64,000 nucleotides of DNA, taken from the NCBI GenBank assembly GCA_027484165.1, contig JAIXWH010000071.1, positions 41,366-105,365 on the forward strand, given 5' to 3'. The stretch is from Chitinophagaceae bacterium. GTDB taxonomy: Bacteria; Bacteroidota; Bacteroidia; Chitinophagales; Chitinophagaceae. The translations under genes and the position numbers were made by a program. The notes below the pieces were generated by a model. It was not told where the DNA came from and ran no database searches. It saw only the letters and a program-made list of their open reading frames with translations. Shown here one piece after another: positions 27,827 to 37,360 of the stretch (positions are counted from its first letter, which is position 1; the number at the start of each line of letters is the position of its first letter).

Positions 27827-27854
27827 TCAAATACTAGTTTTAAAAATTTCATTT

Positions 27855-30800
27855 ATGAAAAAAATATTTACTTTTCTTTTTATTCTTGTTTCCTTTTCTA
27901 CCTATTCGCAAATTTTATTTACTGAACAATTTAATTATACTCCAGATGCTGCACTTGGTTTAGCTAATCAAAGTTTAGGAGTTTGGTCAAAAGTAAATAC
28001 TGGAGATTCAATTTTGGTATCTAGTGGAAACCTTTCCTATACTGGTTTAGCAGCTTCTGCGGGGAATAAAATTATTTATGGCGGAAGTGGTACAGATTAT
28101 TTCCGTGGATTTACAAGTCAAACTAGTGGAACGGTTTATTGTTCTTTTTTACTTAATGTAACTTCACTAGGAACTCTTAATGCAAATGGAGGAGGATATA
28201 CTATAGCACTAACCGATAATACAACAGGCTATGGCTCTACCTTATGGATAAGATCAGCAGGGGCATCGAATTTCAATATTGGATTAAACCCAAGAACGAC
28301 TATTGCTAATACGTCTTGGCTTTCTAATTCATTAAGTTTGAATACTAGTTATTTGGTAGTAATTGCACTTGAATCGGTTTCAGGAGCAGCAAACGATATT
28401 AGCAAGATTTGGTTAAACCCTACTAGTTTTGGGGGGACAGAACCTGCGGCTGATGTTTCTGTAACTAATACAGGTACAGATTTGGCCTCAATTCAAAGGG
28501 TTTTATTAAGACAGCATTTAGATACCACAACACCTGCTTCATTAGAAGTAGATGAAATGAGAGTAGGTTTAACATGGGCAGATGTTACTCCAACCGGAGC
28601 TGTTGTGTCAAGCCCAACTCTTTCTGCAGGGACATTAACAAGTTTTGGAAATGTATGCGTAAATTCTACAGTTGGACCCAATTCATTTACAGTTAGTGGT
28701 ACTGATTTAACTTCAGGCGCTATAACAGTTGGACCATTAAGTGGGTATGCATTTTCGTTAACATCAGGCGGTACTTACACCAGCACCGTAACAATATCCC
28801 AAGCAGGAGGCACATTGGCAGCGACTTCAGTTTTTGTAAAATTTACACCAATCGCAGCTCAGTCGTATAGTGGTAATATTTCAATATCTGGTGGCGGTGC
28901 AACTGCAATAAATGTTGCAGCATCCGGAAGCGGAGTGAGTGCAACAAGTGTTACAACAGGATCTGCAACTGCAATCAGCACAAGCGGAGCAACTATAAAT
29001 GGAACATTAGTACAGGGTTGTTCAGTAACAACTGCTTATGGAGTTGAATATAGTACATCTTCAACTTTTACTCCAGGTACTGGAACTGCAATAGCGTCTA
29101 CAAATTTATCAGGTTCTTCATTCACAGTTGTATTGAGCGGGTTAAGTACTTCAACAACATACTACTATGTTGTTTATGTAACTACAGCAAATGGAACAAC
29201 TTATGGAACAATTCAATCATTTACTACTCAAACCCCTTCAACGGGAGGAAGTGGAATCGTGATTAGTCAGGTATACGGTGCCGGTGGAAATCTAAATGCA
29301 TTATATAAGTCAGATTATGTTGAATTGCATAATAAATCAAATACATCAGAAACACTATCTGGCTGTTCAATTCAATATGCATCTGTTAGTCAAACAGGAA
29401 ATTGGACCAGTAAATCATTGCTTCCAACACTTACTATCCCTGCTGGTGGATATTATCTTATTAGAATGACTGCTGATACAAGTTCTTTTGGAGTGGCACT
29501 TGTTGCAGATTTTGTTGTAACGCCATTCATATTGTTGTCAGCTAAAAATGGTAGAGTTGCATTAGTAAGTGATACAACTTTACTTAGTGGATGCCCTTCG
29601 ACATCAAATATCATTGATTTAGTAGGATATGGTCCAGCTACAGTTTGTTCTGAAACAGCTCCTACAGATACATTAAGTATTTCAAGAGCTGCATTCCGTA
29701 ATAATAACGGTTGCGATGACACGAATAATAACTTGGCTGATTTTACAATCGCTTCACCAAGCCCTAGAAACAGCGCAAGTCCAGTTTATTTGTGCGGTAC
29801 AGTAATAACAACACCAACATTAACAGCAAGTTCTTTAACTGCCTTTGGAAATATATGTATCAATGCTACAGGAGGACCTAATTCATTTACAGTTAGCGGT
29901 ACTGATTTAACAGCTGGTGATATTTCTGTTGGCCCATTAAGCGGGTTCACATTCTCATCTGCAACAGGCGGAACATACACGAGTACGTTGACTATTTCGC
30001 AATCAGGAGGAACATTGTCTGCAACAACAGTTTATGTAAAATTTAATCCTACAGCCGTGCAATCTTATAATGGAAATATACCTGTTTCAGGAGGTGGAGC
30101 AACTGCTGTAAATGTTGCTGCTTCTGGTAGTGGTAGTGGTTCTGTAACGCCTGCATTTAATCAAGTTGCTCCTGTTTGTGTAGGAACTCAATTTAGTTTA
30201 CCAACAACTTCAACAAACGGAGTAATCGGTTCATGGTTGCCAGTGATTAATAATCAAACCACTACAACCTATACATTCACACCAAATGTAAGTCAATGTG
30301 CAACCAATACAACAATGACAGTAGTGGTGAATCCTTCTTCATCAGTTAGTGCAACCCCTGTGAGTACTTGTGGTAGTTATACTTGGAATGGGGTTACTTA
30401 CACAAACAGTGGTACGAAAACATGGACAGGTGTAAATGTTAATGGATGTGATTCTGTAGTTACCATAAATCTAACGATTACACAATCTGTTAATCCATCA
30501 TTCAATCAAGTTTCACCTATATGCACCGGTGGAACCTTCACATTACCTACAACCTCAATAAACGGAATTACAGGTTCATGGTTGCCTGCGATAGACAATC
30601 AAAACACAACTACTTATACATTTACACCCGATGCAGGTCAATGTGCTGTTACTGCAAGTATGACTGTAGTAGTTTCATCTGTTACAACTGCAACAACAGG
30701 TTCAGCAACAGCAATCAGTTCAAGCGGAGCAACGGTGAATGGCACATTGCTTCAGGGATGTGCGGCTGCAACCGGATATGGAATTGAGTATGGTACAACA

Positions 30801-32492
30801 TCATTCACTCCAGGAACAGGAACTCAGGTTGCATCTACTAATTTATCGGGTACTTCTTTCTCAGTTGTATTGAGCGGATTGAGTGCATCAACAACTTACT
30901 ATTATGTTGTTTATGTAACTACATCAAATGGAACCGTTTTTGGAACCATACAAACTTTCACTACACAAACCCCATCAACTGGTGGTAGCGGTGTTGTAAT
31001 CAGTCAGGTTTATGGTGGTGGCGGAGGCGCTACCGGTACTTTCAAGTCAGATTATGTTGAATTGCATAATAATAGCGGAACAGCCCAAGATATTTCAGGC
31101 TATAAAATAATTTATGGATCTTCAGCTGGAACTTTAGGTTCTGTAAATACAAACAACTTTACTTTCCCTTCAAATGTGATAATACCTCCAGGAGGATATT
31201 TATTAGTTGCATCAGCTCCAGGTACAGGATTAGCTAATCTCCCCGTTTCTCCTGATTTTACTTTTACATTGAATATGAGTGGAACCAATGGTAAAATTGC
31301 TTTTGGAACAGGATCTTTGCAATCAAATACATCTTATGCAAGTCAACCAGCAGGTTCAGTTTTGGATTTCGTTGGATATGGAACAGCATCTGAATATGAA
31401 ACAGCAGCTACAGGAGCGTTGAGTTCAACCTCTGCAGCTTTTAGAAATGATTTTGGTTGTCAGGATACAGATGATAATCTTGCAAATTTCACCATCAATC
31501 CTCCATTGCCAAGAAACAGTGCAAGTCCTGTTAGTTTATGTGGTCCAATTGTTGGCGTACCTCGTTTGGTGGTATCATCATTAGATGGCTTCGCTGATGT
31601 TTGTCCTAATGCAACTGCAGGCCCAAACACCTTTACAATTAGTGGAACAGACTTAACTACAGCAGATATAAATGTAGGCCCATTGAATGGCTATGCATTT
31701 TCTTTAACCTCAGGCGGACCATACACAAGTACAATAACTGTTAGTCAAACAGGAGGTACTCTTTCTGGAACTACGGTATATGTTCAGTTTACACCAACAT
31801 TAACACAATCATACAATGGAAATATACCAGTTGTTGGCGGTGGAGCAAATACTGTAAATGTTTCGGCAACGGGAAGCGGTGCGATAACTCCCCCAACCGT
31901 ATTAACTGCTGATTCAATTGCTATCAATTCAAATACTGCAATACTAAGAGGAAAAATTACAGGGGTAGGTTGTGATGGTAATTTTAGTTCAATCTTAACC
32001 TATGGAATTGAATACAGTGGGTTACAAAATTTCCCTGTTGGATCAGGAATCAAAGTTAGATCTATTCTTCGTTATGCATCGGACTCAACTTTCTACAGCA
32101 CAATTAATAATTTGGTTCAAAACACCGCTTATTATTACAGATCATATGTTACAACAGCTGATACCATAATTTATGGACAGCAAAAACTATATATAACTCC
32201 TGCAATTCAGGCCGGACTTGTTATTTATGGAACTCCATTACATGCTGGCGAGCCGGTTCATTTCAGCGTAAGTAATGTTAAGACTGATCAATATGGTGTT
32301 AGAATGTTTGATATGACAGGTAGATTGGTTTGCGAAAAGAATTTTTATTTAAATGCAGATGGATTTATCGATAATGGCGGAATCAGTACTCGCGATCAAT
32401 TTATATTACCTGGCCATATTGCTGCAGGAGTATATTCCTTCCAGGTTTCTAGCCCTAATTTCAAAATTCAAAAATTAGTTGTTGTTCAATAA
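27855..32492 (+). CDS. Large T9SS type-A cargo protein with two lamin-tail domains, FN3-like and Ig-like repeats
   Basis: Signal peptide; LTD signatures IVISQVYGAGGN...SDYVELHN and VVISQVYGGGGG...SDYVELHN; FN3-like TYYYVVYVTT; CTD YGVRMFDMTGRLV...AAGVYSFQV...QKLVVVQ. Confidence 0.88.
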   Translation: MKKIFTFLFILVSFSTYSQILFTEQFNYTPDAALGLANQSLGVWSKVNTGDSILVSSGNLSYTGLAASAGNKIIYGGSGTDYFRGFTSQTSGTVYCSFLLNVTSLGTLNANGGGYTIALTDNTTGYGSTLWIRSAGASNFNIGLNPRTTIANTSWLSNSLSLNTSYLVVIALESVSGAANDISKIWLNPTSFGGTEPAADVSVTNTGTDLASIQRVLLRQHLDTTTPASLEVDEMRVGLTWADVTPTGAVVSSPTLSAGTLTSFGNVCVNSTVGPNSFTVSGTDLTSGAITVGPLSGYAFSLTSGGTYTSTVTISQAGGTLAATSVFVKFTPIAAQSYSGNISISGGGATAINVAASGSGVSATSVTTGSATAISTSGATINGTLVQGCSVTTAYGVEYSTSSTFTPGTGTAIASTNLSGSSFTVVLSGLSTSTTYYYVVYVTTANGTTYGTIQSFTTQTPSTGGSGIVISQVYGAGGNLNALYKSDYVELHNKSNTSETLSGCSIQYASVSQTGNWTSKSLLPTLTIPAGGYYLIRMTADTSSFGVALVADFVVTPFILLSAKNGRVALVSDTTLLSGCPSTSNIIDLVGYGPATVCSETAPTDTLSISRAAFRNNNGCDDTNNNLADFTIASPSPRNSASPVYLCGTVITTPTLTASSLTAFGNICINATGGPNSFTVSGTDLTAGDISVGPLSGFTFSSATGGTYTSTLTISQSGGTLSATTVYVKFNPTAVQSYNGNIPVSGGGATAVNVAASGSGSGSVTPAFNQVAPVCVGTQFSLPTTSTNGVIGSWLPVINNQTTTTYTFTPNVSQCATNTTMTVVVNPSSSVSATPVSTCGSYTWNGVTYTNSGTKTWTGVNVNGCDSVVTINLTITQSVNPSFNQVSPICTGGTFTLPTTSINGITGSWLPAIDNQNTTTYTFTPDAGQCAVTASMTVVVSSVTTATTGSATAISSSGATVNGTLLQGCAAATGYGIEYGTTSFTPGTGTQVASTNLSGTSFSVVLSGLSASTTYYYVVYVTTSNGTVFGTIQTFTTQTPSTGGSGVVISQVYGGGGGATGTFKSDYVELHNNSGTAQDISGYKIIYGSSAGTLGSVNTNNFTFPSNVIIPPGGYLLVASAPGTGLANLPVSPDFTFTLNMSGTNGKIAFGTGSLQSNTSYASQPAGSVLDFVGYGTASEYETAATGALSSTSAAFRNDFGCQDTDDNLANFTINPPLPRNSASPVSLCGPIVGVPRLVVSSLDGFADVCPNATAGPNTFTISGTDLTTADINVGPLNGYAFSLTSGGPYTSTITVSQTGGTLSGTTVYVQFTPTLTQSYNGNIPVVGGGANTVNVSATGSGAITPPTVLTADSIAINSNTAILRGKITGVGCDGNFSSILTYGIEYSGLQNFPVGSGIKVRSILRYASDSTFYSTINNLVQNTAYYYRSYVTTADTIIYGQQKLYITPAIQAGLVIYGTPLHAGEPVHFSVSNVKTDQYGVRMFDMTGRLVCEKNFYLNADGFIDNGGISTRDQFILPGHIAAGVYSFQVSSPNFKIQKLVVVQ
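28614..31880 (+). repeat. Intragenic domain repeats: unit A x3 (~28614-28934, ~29814-30137, ~31560-31880), FN3-like B (~28935-29255, ~30680-30990, divergent third copy ~31890-32200), LTD x2, unit D x2
   Basis: AATTCATTTACAGTTAG(T/C)GGTACTGATTTAAC occurs at 28680 and 29880, exactly 1200 nt apart; protein repeats GPNSFTVSGTDLT...GGGATA.NV and FNQV.P.C.G..F.LPTTS.NG..GSWLP. Confidence 0.85.
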
Positions 32493-32509
32493 TAATAAAC
32501 TATTTTTTC

Positions 32510-32543
32510 AAAAGGGTGCTGCAATTTGTAGCACCCTTTTTTT
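32510..32543 (+). terminator. Intrinsic terminator after the T9SS cargo gene
   Basis: AAAAGGGTGCTGCAA-T-TTGTAGCACCCTTTTTTT. Confidence 0.85.
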
Positions 32544-32625
32544 ATACAAAATGACAATATAATGATGTCAAGCTGTCATAATTTGAGTTGTGGTATTGTA
32601 TTTGATTTTATAAGAGTCAAAATAA

Positions 32626-34449
32626 ATGAATATGCAAAAAGGTAATATTAGAGTTCAAACGGAAAATATTTTCCCGATTATTAAGAAGTTTTTATATAGT
32701 GAACATGACATTTTTATCAGAGAGTTGGTAAGTAATGCCGTTGATGCAAGTCAAAAAATCAAGACGCTTTCATCAATAGGAGAAATGAAAGGGGATTTGG
32801 GAGACATGAGAATTGATATCCTAATTGATAAAGATAAAAAAACACTGAGTATTGCAGACAGAGGAATTGGTATGACAGCGGAAGAGGTGGATAAGTATCT
32901 GAATCAGGTTGCATTTAGTGGTGCTGAAGAGTTTTTGGAAAAATACAAAGGGCAAAATGAAGCAAGCATTATTGGACATTTTGGATTAGGGTTTTATAGC
33001 TCTTTCATGGTGAGCAGTAAAGTTGAGGTAATTACAAAAAGTTTTAAAGAAAATGAAAATGCGGTAAGATGGGAATGTGATGGAAGTCCAGAATTTATAT
33101 TGGAAGAAGCAACAAGAGAGGGAAGGGGGACAACTATTGTAATGCATCTTAATGATGAAAGTCTGGAATTTTTAGAGCCTGCAAGAATAAATACAGTGCT
33201 GGAAAAATTCTGTAAATTTTTACCGGTTCCCATTTTTTTTGAAGACAAACAAATCAATAATCCAGTTCCAGCTTGGACGAAAAAACCTTCAGAATTAACT
33301 ACAGAAGATTATCAGAATTTTTATAAAGAATTGTATCCATTTGGCGAACCTCCTTTGTTCTGGATTCATCTAAATGTTGATTATCCTTTTAATCTTACTG
33401 GTATTTTGTATTTCCCGAAAATCAAACAGAGCTATGAGATTCAAAAAGATAAAATCCAATTGTATTCCAATCAGGTTTTTGTTACAGATGAAGTTAAAGA
33501 TATTGTACCGGAATTTTTGATGTTGTTACATGGAGTGATTGACAGTCCTGATATTCCTTTAAATGTAAGCAGAAGTTATTTACAAGGAGATCCGAATGTC
33601 AAAAAAATAAATGCTCATATAACAAAGAAGGTTGCCGATAAATTAGAGGAGATATTTAATAATGACAGAAAATCTTTCGAAGAAAAATGGGAGAGTCTCG
33701 GTTTATTTGTTAAGTATGGCATGATGACTGACGATAAGTTTTTAGATAAGGCCAATAAGTTTTTTGTTATGGAAGATACTTCAGGTAATTTTCATACGCT
33801 TGAAGAATATAAAATGGCCACTGCAACTTTGCAAAAGAACAAAGAAGGGAAACAGGTGTTGCTTTATACCACTAATCCTATACAGCAAGATGCTTTTATT
33901 CAGCAAGCTACAGCAAAAGGTTATGTTGTTGCAAAAATGGAAACCTTGGTTGATGCTGCATTTATTAATAATGTTGAAATGAAATGGGATAACACCCTTT
34001 TTGTTAGAGTTGATTCTGATATTGTTGATAACTTAATTGATAAAACTGATGGTGCTGAAAGTGTGTTGAGTAAAGAAGAATCAGAAAAAGTTAAAACCAT
34101 ATTTGATAAACCTATTGAGGGGCTTAATGTTACGGTTGAGGTGAAAGGGTTAAGTAAAGATACAGTGCCAGTTACGGCTACAAGGCCTGAGTTAATGAGA
34201 AGAATGAAAGACATGGCTTCTATGGGAGGCGGAATGGCTGCTTGGTATGCTCAGATGCCAGATGAAGTAAACTTGACTGTGAATGGCAATCATCCAATTT
34301 TAAAAACAATTTTAGATGAGAAAGATGAAGTGAAGCAAGAAAAGTTAGCAAAAAATTTGACAGATTTAGCTTTATTATCACAAGGGTTATTAACAGGAAA
34401 TAACCTAACGAATTTTATTTCAAGAAGTGTGGAATTGATGAAAGCTTAA
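32626..34449 (+). CDS. htpG: Molecular chaperone HtpG (Hsp90)
   Basis: FIRELVSNAVDA, IADRGIGMT, IIGHFGLGFYS, PLNVSRSYLQ. Confidence 0.97.
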   Translation: MNMQKGNIRVQTENIFPIIKKFLYSEHDIFIRELVSNAVDASQKIKTLSSIGEMKGDLGDMRIDILIDKDKKTLSIADRGIGMTAEEVDKYLNQVAFSGAEEFLEKYKGQNEASIIGHFGLGFYSSFMVSSKVEVITKSFKENENAVRWECDGSPEFILEEATREGRGTTIVMHLNDESLEFLEPARINTVLEKFCKFLPVPIFFEDKQINNPVPAWTKKPSELTTEDYQNFYKELYPFGEPPLFWIHLNVDYPFNLTGILYFPKIKQSYEIQKDKIQLYSNQVFVTDEVKDIVPEFLMLLHGVIDSPDIPLNVSRSYLQGDPNVKKINAHITKKVADKLEEIFNNDRKSFEEKWESLGLFVKYGMMTDDKFLDKANKFFVMEDTSGNFHTLEEYKMATATLQKNKEGKQVLLYTTNPIQQDAFIQQATAKGYVVAKMETLVDAAFINNVEMKWDNTLFVRVDSDIVDNLIDKTDGAESVLSKEESEKVKTIFDKPIEGLNVTVEVKGLSKDTVPVTATRPELMRRMKDMASMGGGMAAWYAQMPDEVNLTVNGNHPILKTILDEKDEVKQEKLAKNLTDLALLSQGLLTGNNLTNFISRSVELMKA

Positions 34450-34473
34450 TCATTTATTTAAACAGAAATTTAA

Positions 34474-36180
34474 TCAGGAACTGAGTCTGCAATCCACAAC
34501 CATCAGTTGAAGTCTTTTATTGCCATTCCATTCGTTTTCATCCATCGTGAAAACAATGTCGAATGGCTTTCCTGATTTTACGATATCCAATTTATCTGGC
34601 ATTTTAAAACCAATGCCAGATAAAATGTTATTGTTTTGTTTGACGTTGAATCTGATATGCTGTTCTTTCAGTAAATCTGAATGGCCAGTGTCTTCTACTT
34701 TCTCGGCTATAAATACAGGCCTCATGTTATCAGGCCCAAAGGGTTCCATTTGATTGATGATGTTGTAGAAGCTTTGATTGATGTCTTGAAAGTTGATTTT
34801 TGTATCAATGACAATCTCTGGAATTAATAAATCATCTGTAATTGAATTACTAACCACCTCTTCAAATTTCTTAATGAATGCATCTACGTTTTCTGGCAAC
34901 ATTGATAATCCTGCTGCAGCAAAGTGTCCTCCAAAAACAGTAAGTAAATCTTTACATTCATATATAGCTTCGTATAAATTAAAACCTTTCACACTTCTGG
35001 CACTGCCTGTTACAATGCCATCACTTTTGGTTAAAACTATGGTTGGTTTATAATGGTGCTCAATGATTCTTGAGGCAACTATACCAACCACTCCTTTATG
35101 CCAATGCTCACGGTAAACCACACACGATTTTCTATTAAGCATCTCTTGACTTTCATTAATAATTTCCAATGCTTCTTGTGTGATACTTGTGTCGGCTTCT
35201 TTTCTGTCTGTGTTATCTGATTGTAATTCTTCGCCAAAAGACGCTGCTAAGTGAGGATCAGTTTCGATAAAAAGTTGTACAGCTTTTTTCGCATCATCCA
35301 TTCTTCCAGCGGCATTTATTCGTGGAGCAATCACAAATACCACATTGTGTATATTTAATTTTTTCTCTAGTTTTCCAATATTGATTAGTGTCTTTATTCC
35401 CAGAGATGGATCTTCATTGATTTTTTTCATCCCGTAATAGGCAAGAATTCTGTTTTCGCCAACCATGGGTACAATATCAGCGGCAATTGCAATCGCAACT
35501 AGATCCAGATATTTAAGATAGCTTGATGCATCTTTTTTTAATTGATCTGAAATAGCCATCATTAATTTAAATCCTATGCCACATCCGCAAAGATCTTTGA
35601 AAGGGTAGTTACAATCTAGTTGTTTTGGGTTTAAAATTGCGTAAGCATCAGGTAATGTAATTCCTGGAAGATGGTGATCGCAAATCACAAAATCAATACC
35701 TAGAGTTTTTGCGTAGGAAATGAGTTCCACCGATTTAATACCACAATCCAAACAAACGATTAGTGAAAAATCATGTTCTGCAGCAAAATTGATACCAGCT
35801 TTACTCACGCCATAACCTTCTCTGTATCTATGAGGAATGTAGAAATCAATTTTATCTTTAGTATAGATGTCTGATAAAAATTGAAAAAAAGAGGCAACTG
35901 CTGTTGTGCCATCAACATCGTAATCGCCAAAAACCAAAATTTTTTCATTGTTGTGTTTTGCAGATAAAATTCTTTCTACAGCTTTGTCCATGTCTTTCAT
36001 CAACCATGGGTCATGCAAGTCGCTTATTAATGGGCGAAAATATTTTTTTGCGTTATCAAAATCATCGTAACCCCTTTGAGCAAGTATGCGGCATAAAGGC
36101 TCACTGATTTTTAAAGCATTAGTAAGTTTTTGAGTTTCCGAATTATATTCAGGAAGTATATTCCATCTTTTTTGTACCAT
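34474..36180 (-). CDS. recJ: Single-stranded-DNA-specific exonuclease RecJ
   Basis: FGDYDVDG, YIPHRYREGYG, CLDCG, CDHH, PRINAAGR, GSARS, FGGHFAAAG, EPFGPDN. ATG 36180 overlaps the upstream stop (TGATG). Confidence 0.97.
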   Translation of the reverse strand: MVQKRWNILPEYNSETQKLTNALKISEPLCRILAQRGYDDFDNAKKYFRPLISDLHDPWLMKDMDKAVERILSAKHNNEKILVFGDYDVDGTTAVASFFQFLSDIYTKDKIDFYIPHRYREGYGVSKAGINFAAEHDFSLIVCLDCGIKSVELISYAKTLGIDFVICDHHLPGITLPDAYAILNPKQLDCNYPFKDLCGCGIGFKLMMAISDQLKKDASSYLKYLDLVAIAIAADIVPMVGENRILAYYGMKKINEDPSLGIKTLINIGKLEKKLNIHNVVFVIAPRINAAGRMDDAKKAVQLFIETDPHLAASFGEELQSDNTDRKEADTSITQEALEIINESQEMLNRKSCVVYREHWHKGVVGIVASRIIEHHYKPTIVLTKSDGIVTGSARSVKGFNLYEAIYECKDLLTVFGGHFAAAGLSMLPENVDAFIKKFEEVVSNSITDDLLIPEIVIDTKINFQDINQSFYNIINQMEPFGPDNMRPVFIAEKVEDTGHSDLLKEQHIRFNVKQNNNILSGIGFKMPDKLDIVKSGKPFDIVFTMDENEWNGNKRLQLMVVDCRLSS

Positions 36181-37142
36181 CAAAATTTTCTGTCTGTTGT
36201 AAATCTAACTAATTCTTCCATAGATTTTTTTACGGGTGAATCATCAAAATGATTCAATATCTCTAACGATTTATCGCGATATTTATTCATTTGTGTTGTA
36301 GCGTACTCGATACCGCCAGATTTTATTACGCAATCAATTACAAATTTAATTTTCTCATTGTTTCTATTCTTGTTTTTCAAGATGTATAATAACTCCTTTC
36401 TGGTGGTTTTATCAACTTTGTTGATGGTGTATATCAACGGTAAAGTCAGTTTTTTCTCTTTAATGTCATTACCTGTTGGCTTGCCTATCTGAGATGACCC
36501 GTAGTCCAGTAAATCATCTTTGATTTGAAAAGCTATTCCAACAAATTCGCCAAATTTTTTCATGAGTTCAGACTTTTCATGGCTATTGGTTGTACTGTAT
36601 GCTCCGATTGCACATGCAGAAGCCAAAAGTGATGCAGTTTTGTTTTTTACAATTTCAAAATATACTTCTTCGCTAAGATTCAGATTTCTTGATTTTTCCA
36701 TTTGTAATAATTCTCCCTCACTCATTTTTTTTACAGCATCAGAAAGAATATGTAAATGCTGAAAGTCTTCATTTGCAGTAGATAATAAAAGGCCTCTCGA
36801 AAGCAGATAGTCGCCAACTAATACAGCAATCTTATTTTTCCAAATGGCATTTATTGAAAAATAACCTCTTCTTTCAAATGATTCATCAACAACATCATCA
36901 TGAACAAGTGTGGCGGTATGTAAAAGCTCCACCAATGTTGCTGCCCTGTATGTCCCTTCATTGACTTCTCCATTCAATTTAGCACATAAAAAAACAAACA
37001 TAGGTCTGATTTGCTTTCCTTTTCGCTTGATGATATATTTCATAACACGATCCAGTAGAGGGGTGTTACTTTTCATAGATAAGGCAAACTTTTTTTCAAA
37101 AATGCTTAATTCTTCTTGTATGCAGGTAATATTTGGCTTCAT
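36180..37142 (-). CDS. ispB: Polyprenyl diphosphate synthase (octaprenyl-type)
   Basis: GKQIRP, LVHDDVVD (FARM), KTASL, FQIKDDLLD (SARM), GNDIKEKK. Confidence 0.88.
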   Translation of the reverse strand: MKPNITCIQEELSIFEKKFALSMKSNTPLLDRVMKYIIKRKGKQIRPMFVFLCAKLNGEVNEGTYRAATLVELLHTATLVHDDVVDESFERRGYFSINAIWKNKIAVLVGDYLLSRGLLLSTANEDFQHLHILSDAVKKMSEGELLQMEKSRNLNLSEEVYFEIVKNKTASLLASACAIGAYSTTNSHEKSELMKKFGEFVGIAFQIKDDLLDYGSSQIGKPTGNDIKEKKLTLPLIYTINKVDKTTRKELLYILKNKNRNNEKIKFVIDCVIKSGGIEYATTQMNKYRDKSLEILNHFDDSPVKKSMEELVRFTTDRKF

Positions 37143-37307
37143 TTATACACGGCAAGTTAATAAAGCTTATCTCCTGTTCAAAGAAAACTTAATGATTGTG
37201 TATGAAGTTGTTATGTTTTAGTGTCAAATCTCACTAGTTATAAGTCACCTATTATTAATTTATCTTAATTATTAGTGTTTTTTTTTGGTGATTGTTTTAT
37301 TCTATAA

Positions 37308-37315
37308 TAGATTTG
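37308..37315 (+). promoter_or_regulatory. -7 promoter element (TAGATTTG) with TTG at -33 (37285-37287)
   Basis: Canonical bipartite Bacteroidota promoter, 20-nt spacer, upstream of the OmpA gene. Confidence 0.65.
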
Positions 37316-37360
37316 CGGTATCAATTGAATAATTTAGCAAACTAATAACCACTAAAGAAT

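Noticed and set aside
28614-31880. Repeats in the T9SS gene as a CRISPR array, diversity-generating retroelement target or invertible cassette
   Set aside because: The repeats are in-frame protein domains of 200-550 nt with synonymous-type divergence; no spacers, reverse transcriptase, recombinase or flanking inverted repeats.
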